From an uncultured Methanosarcinales archaeon (GTDB lineage: Archaea > Halobacteriota > Methanosarcinia > Methanosarcinales > CAZCCY01): a DNA stretch of 41,275 nt. Made by a program: the position numbers and the translations under genes. The notes under the pieces are model-generated. The model saw only the letters and a program-made list of their open reading frames with translations. It made no database searches and had not been told where the DNA came from. Location of the stretch: assembly GCA_964497545.1 (NCBI GenBank), contig CAZCCY010000002.1, forward strand, positions 14,075 to 55,349, given 5' to 3'. The first letter of the stretch is position 1. Every line of letters begins with the position of its first letter. Positions 9,076-18,072 of this stretch are shown here, in pieces.

Positions 9076-10027
9076 ATTTTATAAACGGTGGGCCAGCTAC
9101 TTTGTACTTCAGAGCCCTGTATTTTTTCAGCTTCTCCCCAACCTCCTCCTCATCCCGCACAGTACAATAAACATAAACCATGTTCCCCCCAGCAACTGTG
9201 AAATACACCTGAACTCCTGTCTCCCTCATCTCCCGGACACAATTTGTCACCTCATACATAGGGTCTTTTATCACCCTGACACCCACCCATTCCAGGAGGT
9301 AATGGAAATTCATGGCATCCTCCTCAGCTATCCTCATCAACTCCACCAAATCATTTTTTTCCACCGCCCGCAAAGCCCTCGAAACAACCTCCTCCCTCCC
9401 CTCCACCCTCTCCCAGAACTGTGGATGAGTAACAATCTTCTCATGAATCGTGTCAGCACTGTAACGCTCCCCCTCAAAAGGAATCGCAAATATCCTGAAA
9501 TCCCTTAAATCACCCTCACTGGCCACCTGCCTCGCCCTACACCTCTCCCCCACCACCTCTGTAAGAGAAAGCCCCCCCACCATGCTGCGATAGACACTTT
9601 CTGATGCAAACCTCCCTATCTCCATTAATTCATCTTTTTCAATATCCAAACCAAAAAAATCAGAAATAGCCGTAACCAGAGCCGCGGCACCAGCATCAGA
9701 ACTACCAGTAACTATATTATAATTATTAGAATATATCCTGAGACCGCCGTGATAACCAGCTCGACTCCTCAAAATATCGATTGCCCTGAAAATATCTTCC
9801 GACCTTGTACCCGGCACTTTTACCAGCCTCTCCCCATTGATAAAGAACTCAACTTGCCCCCCCTGACCTCCACTTACAACCGTTTCTGTTCTGACAGACT
9901 CTCTATCATCTGTAACAGCCAGACCCATGGTAGTGTAGAAAGGTATCCTCTTCTCTCTATTTTTCAATCCACCCAACAAGAGTACCGGAATAGTCGGATA
10001 CGCAACCGCCGTAGTTCGCTCCTTCAT
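9065..10027 (-). CDS. Mevalonate 3-kinase (Thermoplasma Ta1305-like)
   Basis: AYPTIPVLLLGG, GSSDAGAA, SESVYRS, DTIHEKIV, AEEDAMNFH, TVAGGNMVYV closely follow the remembered Ta1305 sequence; the decarboxylase Asp is absent. Confidence 0.85.
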   Translation of the reverse strand: MKERTTAVAYPTIPVLLLGGLKNREKRIPFYTTMGLAVTDDRESVRTETVVSGGQGGQVEFFINGERLVKVPGTRSEDIFRAIDILRSRAGYHGGLRIYSNNYNIVTGSSDAGAAALVTAISDFFGLDIEKDELMEIGRFASESVYRSMVGGLSLTEVVGERCRARQVASEGDLRDFRIFAIPFEGERYSADTIHEKIVTHPQFWERVEGREEVVSRALRAVEKNDLVELMRIAEEDAMNFHYLLEWVGVRVIKDPMYEVTNCVREMRETGVQVYFTVAGGNMVYVYCTVRDEEEVGEKLKKYRALKYKVAGPPFIKYDI

Positions 10028-10152
10028 AAAAAACCTCCACAGAAACCTCTACCTTTTAAACACCATCCTATTTCAAATTTTTGAACTACCATCCGCCGTT
10101 CAGCCATCCAGTACCATCAATCTTTTTTTAACAATAAATCCTCTGGAATCAC

Positions 10153-11004
10153 TGTATAGTCCCATAAATTTTTTCGCATTAGACTCTTTTCAATATTTTC
10201 AGACATATTTTCACAACCCAAACAGTCTATAACCTATTCCAAATATGGCTTCTGGTGGCATTTTTCTCCAGAATGCCTGTTCTGGTGTCTCAAGTTCCTC
10301 AAAATTCAAACTTCCATGAGGTCTGTTGTTATACCAGTCAACAAACTCTTCAATTTTCACGTTTGTTTGTGGATGTTTTACCCTTACCAGGATTGGTTTA
10401 ATTCCGTATTTCAGTATATGCTGTTTAAATTCGCCATCCCATTCTCTTTTCTCATGGATCCTATGGGCCCCAAATTCACTCCCATGATCCATGATAAGTT
10501 CTCTCAAAGGGCAAATTGACCAGTATCAGTAGTTGTAAAATACATCGCTGCATCATGCGGTTTTCAGTGCTGCATTCACAATGTGATAATTCCGGCCCAG
10601 CATATTGTTTTTAGCATTTTGATTTTACAAGTACTGAATATATCCTGCTGACATACTATGCTTTCGTTCATATCTGACCCATTTCCGTCTCTTCTTTTAT
10701 TCTTGCTCCGAATTTAAAACGGTGGAAAGCTTCCTTGACAATCTCAGCTTCCTCTGGATTGTAAGGTCTCTTTGGTCTGCCAAGATTCAATCCTACTACT
10801 GGTTCTACACCAGTCTCTCTATATTCTTTCCATATCTGTTCCACCCTTCTTCTCGATATTTTCATGTCTTTTGCGATAGCTTCACTCGATTCTCCTTTTT
10901 TCTTATGGTTGATTATATAGCGAATTTTCCTCCTGTTCAGCTTCACACCCTGAACAGAAATTTCAGGGTAATATGGGATGCGAAATTTTTTTTGGGACTA
11001 TATA
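10153..11004 (-). mobile_element. Degraded IS481-family insertion sequence
   Basis: Imperfect ~27 bp terminal inverted repeats (tgtatagtcccataaattttttcgcat / atgcgaaattttttttgggactatata) enclosing transposase fragments; no target duplication seen. Confidence 0.8.
10211..10946 (-). pseudogene. IS481-family transposase pseudogene
   Basis: N-terminal HTH fragment (10668-10946) and integrase-core fragment DHGSEF...HPQTN...YNNRPHGSL (10211-10507) in separate broken ORFs. Confidence 0.85.
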
Positions 11005-11041
11005 TCCTTTGCATTTGATTTTTTGGTTTTGTCTCAGCATT

Positions 11042-11689
11042 CTACTTTCTTTGTAGGTCGCGGTGTAGGTTGCAGGGGGGTTTCGTGGGTGGTTTGCTGT
11101 ATTTTCTTATTTTGAAGTCGGCTCCGGTTTTTTGTGCGAGTTTTTGGCAGGTTTTGATGTCTACCATGGGTAGGTCTACTATTGTGAATCTTGTTTTTAT
11201 TCCTGTTTTTTTGAGCTGGCGGGCGAAGGCGAGGATGGTGGAGAAGGCGTTTTTGAATTTTGGCTGGCAGAGGAGGTTGTAGGTTTCCTGGTTGTGGGCG
11301 TTCAGGCTGATGGACACTGTGTCTATGCCTGCCTGTGCGAGTTCTGTTGCCACGTTCCGGTGGGGGTGGATGAGAGGAGCGTGGCCGTTTGTGTCTATTC
11401 GGACTTGTTTACAGCCGTGTTTTTTGAGCCAGCGGGTTATGTCTAGTACCAGTTCTAGTCTGAGGAGGGGTTCTCCCAGGCCGGTGAACACTATCTCCTG
11501 GTAACTGTGGAGGTTGAGTTTTTCCAGTACTTTCAGTACTTCTTCCAGGGTGGGTTCTTGTTCTAGTTTTAGGTTGTAGCCGTAGGCTCCGTTGGTGTGG
11601 TGTTTGAGGCAGAAGATGCAGTTGGCGGTGCATCTGTTGGTGATGTTCAGGTAGAGGTTGTTGTTTGCTTTGTAGACGATTTCTCCCAT
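11042..11689 (-). CDS. Radical SAM protein (TatD-associated family)
   Basis: LYLNITNRCTANCIFC (CxxxCxxC), VFTGLGEP, DTNG, SISLNA. Confidence 0.85.
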   Translation of the reverse strand: MGEIVYKANNNLYLNITNRCTANCIFCLKHHTNGAYGYNLKLEQEPTLEEVLKVLEKLNLHSYQEIVFTGLGEPLLRLELVLDITRWLKKHGCKQVRIDTNGHAPLIHPHRNVATELAQAGIDTVSISLNAHNQETYNLLCQPKFKNAFSTILAFARQLKKTGIKTRFTIVDLPMVDIKTCQKLAQKTGADFKIRKYSKPPTKPPCNLHRDLQRK

Positions 11690-11706
11690 ATTTTAAGTTG
11701 GGGGGT

Positions 11707-12228
11707 TTAGCCCATTTTTCTGGCTGCGACTTCGATGGCTGCTAGGAGGCTTCTTCTGGGCATGATGGTGGCTACCGGGATGCGTACCACTTTTTCTATG
11801 GTGGTGCTTACGATTGGGGCGCAGACAAGTGCTCGGGCTCCTTCTCGTTCTGCTCGGACCGCGGCCACGATAGCTTCTTCCATGGAGGTGGCTGAGTATT
11901 CTCGGACTGTCACGAGTCTTCCTTCTACTTTGAGTTTTTTTTCGATGAGGTGGTTTAGCACTGGTCTGGCTGCGATGACTGCGATGAATTCGCTGCTTCT
12001 GCCTTCTTCTATCTTCTGGATGGTTTTGACAATGTCCCGGAGTGTTTTCAGGGTGGGTTTGCGTTTTCCAGAGAGGAGTTTGTAGAGGGTGCTGACTGGG
12101 ATTCCGCTTTGGGTGCTGAACTCGGCTGCGGTCATGTTGAGTTCTTCCTGGATGACAAGTTTCAGGATTCTTCGCCATTGTTCGTCGGATTCCAGTGCAC
12201 CTCTAATCACAGCGTCAGCGGCAGACAT
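11707..12228 (-). CDS. XRE-type HTH transcriptional regulator with archaeal C-terminal domain
   Basis: SGIPVSTLYKLLSGKRKPTLKTL HTH; IAVIAAR...SMEEAIVAAVRAEREGARALVCAPIVS C-terminal domain. Confidence 0.85.
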   Translation of the reverse strand: MSAADAVIRGALESDEQWRRILKLVIQEELNMTAAEFSTQSGIPVSTLYKLLSGKRKPTLKTLRDIVKTIQKIEEGRSSEFIAVIAARPVLNHLIEKKLKVEGRLVTVREYSATSMEEAIVAAVRAEREGARALVCAPIVSTTIEKVVRIPVATIMPRRSLLAAIEVAARKMG

Positions 12229-12263
12229 TAAAAGTCAAAGACAATGTAAGGCTAGATAAAAAT

Positions 12264-12291
12264 ATCCAGCAATTTGGGGGGGTTGCTGGAT
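12264..12291. promoter_or_regulatory. Inverted repeat (9-10-9), operator candidate
   Basis: atccagcaa-N10-ttgctggat next to the tttttatc TATA-like box of the HTH gene. Confidence 0.45.
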
Positions 12292-12342
12292 TTTTTTTGA
12301 TGGTGTCTGTTTTTCAGGGGTTTGCAAAACCATATTCGTAAA

Positions 12343-12385
12343 TTTTAAATATTACAATATCATTGTGATTATGATTATCATAATG
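12343..12385 (+). promoter_or_regulatory. TATA box and Fur-box-like palindrome upstream of the large surface protein
   Basis: ttttaaata at 12343-12351; palindrome attatgat-t-atcataat at 12368-12384. Confidence 0.5.
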
Positions 12386-12399
12386 CGAGGTAGGTTGGT

Positions 12400-15300
12400 A
12401 TGATATTGTTTAGATTAGTAGTCAGGACGCTAGCCCTGCTTTTACTTGCATATACCGCATATGCAGGAACCCTCAGCGTGACAGTCCTTGATGCGGATTC
12501 CCTTACACCTGTGAACAATTCAAACGTAAGCTGGACCTCGAATATGAGCAATTTCCACGCGGGCATCTTCGATTTCTTCAATCTCACACCTGCCAACGGC
12601 ACAGTCACCAACAACAGTGTAGACCCCACCGCCACCTATTACATCAAGGTGGTCGGGGGAGACAACGAGAGCACCCCGGCTCTGGACTACGAGCCCTTCC
12701 GTCTTGACCAGGGCGTTAGTTTCAGAAACCTCTACCTAACAAGGTACGACGCCCAGAACATTCCTAACCTGAATATCACCTATGCTGGAGCCAATTCCCT
12801 GTCACTGGAAATCCCGGTTCAGCCCGCCTTTGAGCTTAACATTACCGGTGTTACCAGGGGGCAGAGCGTTAAACTCAGATACAGCGTTTTCGGAGATGCA
12901 GGTTACGGTGACTTCTCCACCCGAGAGGGTGTGGGAGGGCCTGTTGTCCGTTTCAATGCCTCGACCACCTCTGAACTGCTGGCTGTGAAAAACCAGACCG
13001 GCTGGGTGAACTACTCCTGGCTGCCAGAGAACAACATCCAGGGCTTCACCCTCAACCTGACACCCACACTTGAGCAGGGCTACAATGTGACCTTCAACAT
13101 CACCGGAACATATGATGACCTGATAATCGAGGTGAGAAACGCAAGCCAGGACACTGGCATGCCGTTTGACACCAGCCTGATAGCCCTTGTAGAGGGCTAT
13201 AACCGTTCGGGCAGCTTCTTTGAGACGCTCCTGCTTCCAAATGGCACCTACAATTTCCTTTTCCACTCGCGCGGTTACACCGGGACCTGGAATCGGAGCG
13301 TGGAGGTAAACGGCTCAGACATCACAGTGGAAGTCCCACCCCTTCACCCCTCCGGGCCAAGCTACCTCTGGCTTAACCGGGACGAAATAAGAACAGGCGA
13401 AAACCTCACCGGCACCCTCAACAATGGAACGATTAACGGTGGGATTTTCTATCCAGACCGGCTGGACTATGCTATCTACACAGACCAGGGCAGTGAATTT
13501 GTGAAACCAACCCTCCAGGCAAGTGGGACCGTCTCCCAGATGTCAGCCCTGGGAGGCGGGATGCTCAGTTTCACAATCCCAGACCCAGGTCTTCTTCCTG
13601 GGGAGTACAGCCTGATTCTGAACCTGACAAATTCAAGCCTCCAGGCCTACAAGTTCACAGGCTTCAAGTTCGCCGTTGTCAACTCGAGGCTTGAGGTTGA
13701 CCTGAAACCCAGCGCCCGGCCAAACGCCCTGGTAAACGCCTTTGTAATAGCCAAAAACGGCACCTCCAGCATAGGGGGAATGAAGGTCAAACTTGAACTC
13801 ACCTCTCCAGACCACAACTTCTGGACCGTGGTAAAAACCAGTAGCACCACCGACAGCCAGGGTAAAACCACCCTCACCTTCAACGCCCCAAATGCCACCG
13901 GCACCTATTTTGTCAAGCTCACCGGCACAAAACAAGGTTACACAGCCAGGGAGTACCGGATGCTCCGGGTCCAGAACTTCCAGGTGACAGCCATGCCTGA
14001 CAGACCCTCAGTCAGACCCGGTGAAAAGGTGAATATCACCATTACCACCAGCTACTTTAACGGCACACCCCTGGCCAATGCTATCATCAACACCTCGGTT
14101 CACACAGACTTCCAGGACTGGGAGAATGTGACCTACCTCGACGAGACCACCACAGATGACGATGGGAAAGCCCAGATAAACTACACCCCCACCGGCGGTA
14201 GCCAGGGGCTGATGCTGGAGATAACAGCCACCAAAAACAGTGAGAAAGCCTCCACCGAGGTCTTCCTCTTCATCCCACTCTACACCCTCTCGGTGGACAC
14301 AGACAGATTCGAATACGACACCGGAGAAAACGTCAACATCACCATCCAGGTGACCGGTGAAAATGCCACCAACCTCCAGTTCCTCAACGGCTCCATGAAC
14401 TTCAAAGACCCCCACCAGGCAGGAATGACAGCCATGACCAGCGGTAAAAACGCTTTCGCACTCCTCATGAACCCTGAAACAGGGGGCTGGAGCGTGGTTA
14501 ACGTGACCCATCTCGGAAGCGGAGTCTACAATGCCAGCCTCTCCACAGCAGGTCTGTCCCCGGGCTGGTACAATGTCATGGTAATGGTAATGAACTCAGA
14601 GGGTATGCCTGCTGCCGACGGGTTTGCAGACTTCCGGGTTAACGGGGGCCTGGAGGTAGCCTTCCAGAACATGGGAGAGGACATCTTCAAGTCCTACAAG
14701 CTCAACGATGATGTGAATATCACGGTGAAGGTGACAAATAGAAGCACTGGCGAGCCTGTGGGAAACGGGACCCTCAATTACAAGGTTGGCATGCCCTGGG
14801 AGATATTCGCACCCAAGGACTTCAGAGAAGAGATGGGCTTCGCACCCAGACTCGACCGGACAGTAGACCTGGTCAACGGTACAGGCTATGTCAACTTCAC
14901 CCTCAACGCCAGCTTCAAGGAGAACCGGACCATGCCCATGGTAGATGAAAAGCACGTTGGAACCCCGCCACTCATCCTCTATGTCACAGCAACCGTGGAC
15001 AAGGGCACCGGGAGCATGGACATACCCATCTTTCTGAGCGACCTCAACGTGAACCTCACCTCCAATGGTGTCAACTTCAACCGCAGCGGCACGGTCAACT
15101 TCACCATTAATGTCACCGACTCCACCGGCCAGAGCATACCGGCCACCTTCGAGACGCCAGAGGGCACCACCGGTCGTATGGTGGTCTTCGGCCCCCATGG
15201 AGAACACGACATCCCGATCACCTGCCAGACCCCTGGTAACTGTACTGCCAGCTACAATCTCGCCGAGGATGTGGCAGGAGAATACTTTGCCATGGTGGTA

Positions 15301-15939
15301 GCAAGTTCGGGAGATGATGTTGCAGGCAGCGGCGTCCACTTCATGGTCAGCACCTTCAACCTCAACCTGTCCCTGGACAAGACAAGCTACACTGCAGGAG
15401 ACACCATTACAGCCACTGTCAATGCAAGCGAGAACCTTGGCACAGTCGACATCCAGGGAGTCCTCCTGAGCCCCAGCCACATCCCCCTTAACCTGACCAC
15501 CCTGGGTTCAACCAGCCTCCCCAGGAGTATTTCCCTCGTGATTCCCACAACAGCCAAATCCGGCCTCTACACCCTCAAGGTAAAGGTGACGGATCCCACA
15601 GGCAACACTGGAGCCACAGAGAAATCCTTTGAAGTCGAAAATGCAAACCTCAAAGCCAACATCACCATCCTCGACGGGAACAACACTCCCACCTCGTTGT
15701 TCCACCATAACGACACCATCAAATTCCAGGTCAATCTCACAGGCATACCCTCGGTTACCCTCAGGGTGTACAAGCCCCCAAGTGGAGACCTCTTATACGA
15801 GGCAGCAGGCATAACAAGCGGTGTCCAGAATACCACGATACCGCCAGATGCACCCCTGGGCGACTATTTTGTTAGACTTGACACCACTGACACAATAGGT
15901 GTCGCCTCTGCAGGATTCACCGTAGTAGGAGGAGGATGA
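12400..15939 (+). CDS. Large secreted glycoprotein with tandem Ig-like/MG2-like domains
   Basis: Signal peptide; repeated D-x-x-Y-x-x-G-E-x-V-x-I-T beta-sandwich starts; very many N-x-S/T sequons; no C-terminal TM. Confidence 0.75.
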   Translation: MILFRLVVRTLALLLLAYTAYAGTLSVTVLDADSLTPVNNSNVSWTSNMSNFHAGIFDFFNLTPANGTVTNNSVDPTATYYIKVVGGDNESTPALDYEPFRLDQGVSFRNLYLTRYDAQNIPNLNITYAGANSLSLEIPVQPAFELNITGVTRGQSVKLRYSVFGDAGYGDFSTREGVGGPVVRFNASTTSELLAVKNQTGWVNYSWLPENNIQGFTLNLTPTLEQGYNVTFNITGTYDDLIIEVRNASQDTGMPFDTSLIALVEGYNRSGSFFETLLLPNGTYNFLFHSRGYTGTWNRSVEVNGSDITVEVPPLHPSGPSYLWLNRDEIRTGENLTGTLNNGTINGGIFYPDRLDYAIYTDQGSEFVKPTLQASGTVSQMSALGGGMLSFTIPDPGLLPGEYSLILNLTNSSLQAYKFTGFKFAVVNSRLEVDLKPSARPNALVNAFVIAKNGTSSIGGMKVKLELTSPDHNFWTVVKTSSTTDSQGKTTLTFNAPNATGTYFVKLTGTKQGYTAREYRMLRVQNFQVTAMPDRPSVRPGEKVNITITTSYFNGTPLANAIINTSVHTDFQDWENVTYLDETTTDDDGKAQINYTPTGGSQGLMLEITATKNSEKASTEVFLFIPLYTLSVDTDRFEYDTGENVNITIQVTGENATNLQFLNGSMNFKDPHQAGMTAMTSGKNAFALLMNPETGGWSVVNVTHLGSGVYNASLSTAGLSPGWYNVMVMVMNSEGMPAADGFADFRVNGGLEVAFQNMGEDIFKSYKLNDDVNITVKVTNRSTGEPVGNGTLNYKVGMPWEIFAPKDFREEMGFAPRLDRTVDLVNGTGYVNFTLNASFKENRTMPMVDEKHVGTPPLILYVTATVDKGTGSMDIPIFLSDLNVNLTSNGVNFNRSGTVNFTINVTDSTGQSIPATFETPEGTTGRMVVFGPHGEHDIPITCQTPGNCTASYNLAEDVAGEYFAMVVASSGDDVAGSGVHFMVSTFNLNLSLDKTSYTAGDTITATVNASENLGTVDIQGVLLSPSHIPLNLTTLGSTSLPRSISLVIPTTAKSGLYTLKVKVTDPTGNTGATEKSFEVENANLKANITILDGNNTPTSLFHHNDTIKFQVNLTGIPSVTLRVYKPPSGDLLYEAAGITSGVQNTTIPPDAPLGDYFVRLDTTDTIGVASAGFTVVGGG

Positions 15940-15943
15940 AACC

Positions 15944-17332
15944 ATGAAACTCAAAATTTTTCTGGCACTCATACTATTGCTGGCAGCCCTCAGCCTGCCG
16001 GCAGGCGCCACCCTCTCTGCGTCCAGCAGCACCAGTACAAGCGAGGTTACCACCGGTAACAGTTTCACCGTGACCGTGACCGTCTCCAACACCGCAACCA
16101 CCGGCAGCGAGACAGGCGTGACAGTGGGGATAGATCTCACCCAGACCAACGGGGGTCTCAGCCTCGATGCCACAAGCATAAAACTCCAGAACACAACAGA
16201 CTCCATCACCATCACCGCTGGAAACCAGCTAACCCAGACCTGGACGGTCTACACAAGGGCGGCGGGAATCTACACCAACCAGATTAAAATCACCATAAAA
16301 CAGAACAACCAGGAGGTCAGCGGAGTCTCACCCCTCTACGAAAGCGTCACCGTGAAAGACCCTGCAGCCTTCGCAGCCCCCTCCCTGAACCTGAACACCA
16401 CCATACCGGTTAACAGCGAGTTCAACCTGAACATCACCACCCAGAACACCGGAGACTACAGCATCAAAAACGCAACCGTGACAATCACCGACAGCGAAAA
16501 CAGCATAGAACTCCTCTCCTCCCAGAACACCACAGCCCAGACCCTCCAGCCAAACGCCCTCTTCTCCACCTCATTCCACCTCAAATTCACCCAGGCCAGC
16601 ACCCACACCCTGACCATAACCTACAGCTCTGACAACGCTGCCACCACCACCAAAACCACCACCATCACCGTGACAAGCAACACCGGTTCCACCACCAGCA
16701 GTTCCACCACCAGAGGGGGCGGTGGAGGCGGAGGCGGCAGTCTCCCCTCAACAATCCAGAGCAGGATCCTCCAGAAAGGCACAGCCAAATTCACAGGAAC
16801 CGTAGGAGAATACATATCCCAGATAACAATCCCAGGAGCCACCGGAAGCATTAAAGTCAAAATCCTGGACAAAAACCCCACAAAAAAGACACCCAAGGTC
16901 AAGGCCCTGAAATACCTGGAAATCACCCTCTCAGGCAAAGACAAAACCGGTAAAATCACCTTCAAGGTAACCGACAAGGAACTCAAAAAACATGGGCTGG
17001 CCCGCGATAAAATAAGCCTCTACAGATACACAGACAAATGGAACCAGCTACCCACCACCCTCAAAACCACAACACAGGGGGGAGAAAACATCTACGAGGC
17101 AGAAACACCCGGATTCTCCTACTTCATGATAGCAGAAAAAACCACAACACCAAAGCCCACCACCCAGCCAAAAGTCACACCAGAACCATCAACACCAAAA
17201 CCCCAAACAACCACTGAGACACCTAGCGGCGGTGAAAGCAGTAAGCTGCTACCAGCACTGACACCAGCAATAGCAATCCTGACACTGCTCACAGCAGCAT
17301 ACACCTACCACAGAAAAAACAAACAGAAATAA
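15944..17332 (+). CDS. PGF-pre-PGF domain cell-surface protein
   Basis: Signal peptide, Ig-like domains, S/T- and Gly-rich linker, YEAETPGFSYFMI motif, P/T-rich stalk, C-terminal TM + basic tail. Confidence 0.85.
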   Translation: MKLKIFLALILLLAALSLPAGATLSASSSTSTSEVTTGNSFTVTVTVSNTATTGSETGVTVGIDLTQTNGGLSLDATSIKLQNTTDSITITAGNQLTQTWTVYTRAAGIYTNQIKITIKQNNQEVSGVSPLYESVTVKDPAAFAAPSLNLNTTIPVNSEFNLNITTQNTGDYSIKNATVTITDSENSIELLSSQNTTAQTLQPNALFSTSFHLKFTQASTHTLTITYSSDNAATTTKTTTITVTSNTGSTTSSSTTRGGGGGGGGSLPSTIQSRILQKGTAKFTGTVGEYISQITIPGATGSIKVKILDKNPTKKTPKVKALKYLEITLSGKDKTGKITFKVTDKELKKHGLARDKISLYRYTDKWNQLPTTLKTTTQGGENIYEAETPGFSYFMIAEKTTTPKPTTQPKVTPEPSTPKPQTTTETPSGGESSKLLPALTPAIAILTLLTAAYTYHRKNKQK

Positions 17333-17397
17333 CCCCCATAAATATTTTTACCCTCTCCTCCTCTCTTTTTTTCCAGTCAAAAGGCTCCCCAGTTTTT

Positions 17398-17456
17398 CAG
17401 GGTAAAAAGAGCCGTAAATCAGGAATCCAGGGTGAAAAAAGACCGTAAATCCAGGA
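17398..17456. repeat. Imperfect direct repeat, ~30 bp period
   Basis: cagggtaaaaagagccgtaaatcagga / cagggtgaaaaaagaccgtaaatccagga. Confidence 0.7.
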
Positions 17457-17465
17457 TGCTTCAAC

Positions 17466-17501
17466 TGTTCTAGGAGCACCTAGTGTTCTAGGAGCACCTA
17501 G
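17466..17501. repeat. Perfect 18-bp tandem duplication with internal palindrome
   Basis: (tgttctaggagcacctag)x2; each unit contains ctagg-N4-cctag. Confidence 0.9.
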
Positions 17502-17557
17502 AAAAGCTTAATTATAAAACCGTACAATCATTACCTTTAGGAGGTGAAGGTGTAGAT

Positions 17558-17740
17558 ATGTGCAGTACTGATGGCTTCTGGATGCACCCTGAGGAACTTG
17601 AAGCTATGAAAAAGGCTAGCAAAATTGGTGTTTACAGGTGCCAGGACTGCGGTAAAGAATTCAAAGCCGTGAGAAAAGAGACTGTCTCCTGCCCGGGATG
17701 CAACTCTCCATCAGCAAGCTTTGTTAAACCAACCCTATGA
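17558..17740 (+). CDS. Small zinc-ribbon protein
   Basis: CQDC...CPGC; ggaggtga RBS; paralog at 31421. Confidence 0.75.
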   Translation: MCSTDGFWMHPEELEAMKKASKIGVYRCQDCGKEFKAVRKETVSCPGCNSPSASFVKPTL

Positions 17741-17985
17741 ACGGGTGTGAAGAAATCACAAAAAACCAGCTCCGGATGATAGAGTCAGTTTACAACATAG
17801 AAATCAAGAACAAAGAGGATGCAGCCAGGTGGATTGCAGAGGGTTCAGAGATGGACTCCAGGGTGGCTCTGTCTGTCTGCACCACCCTTAACAACTGGGT
17901 CTACATGAACAATCTCAGAGGGGAAATCACCATCCCCCAGGAGCTTGTAAAGAAAATATGCGGCCACTACAACCGGTACCGCTAG
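17737..17985 (+). CDS. Hypothetical protein
   Basis: 82-aa ORF with ATGA overlap on the upstream gene, followed by a T-rich tract. Confidence 0.6.
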   Translation: MNGCEEITKNQLRMIESVYNIEIKNKEDAARWIAEGSEMDSRVALSVCTTLNNWVYMNNLRGEITIPQELVKKICGHYNRYR

Positions 17986-18072
17986 CTGACATAGCCTAAA
18001 ACAATATTCCCCCTATTTATTTTTCTTTTTCCTGCCTCAAAACATTGGTTTCCGGAGCTTAGTGTGTTTCTT

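Noticed and set aside
15925-15939. C-terminal GGG as a ubiquitin-like/JAMM substrate motif
   Set aside because: The protein is secreted, and the ggaggagga codons double as the RBS of the next gene.
12400-15939. Alpha-2-macroglobulin
   Set aside because: Only MG-like Ig repeats are present; there is no CxEQ thioester motif or helical thioester domain.
17398-17501. CRISPR array
   Set aside because: Only two copies of each repeat, no unique spacers, and no cas genes.
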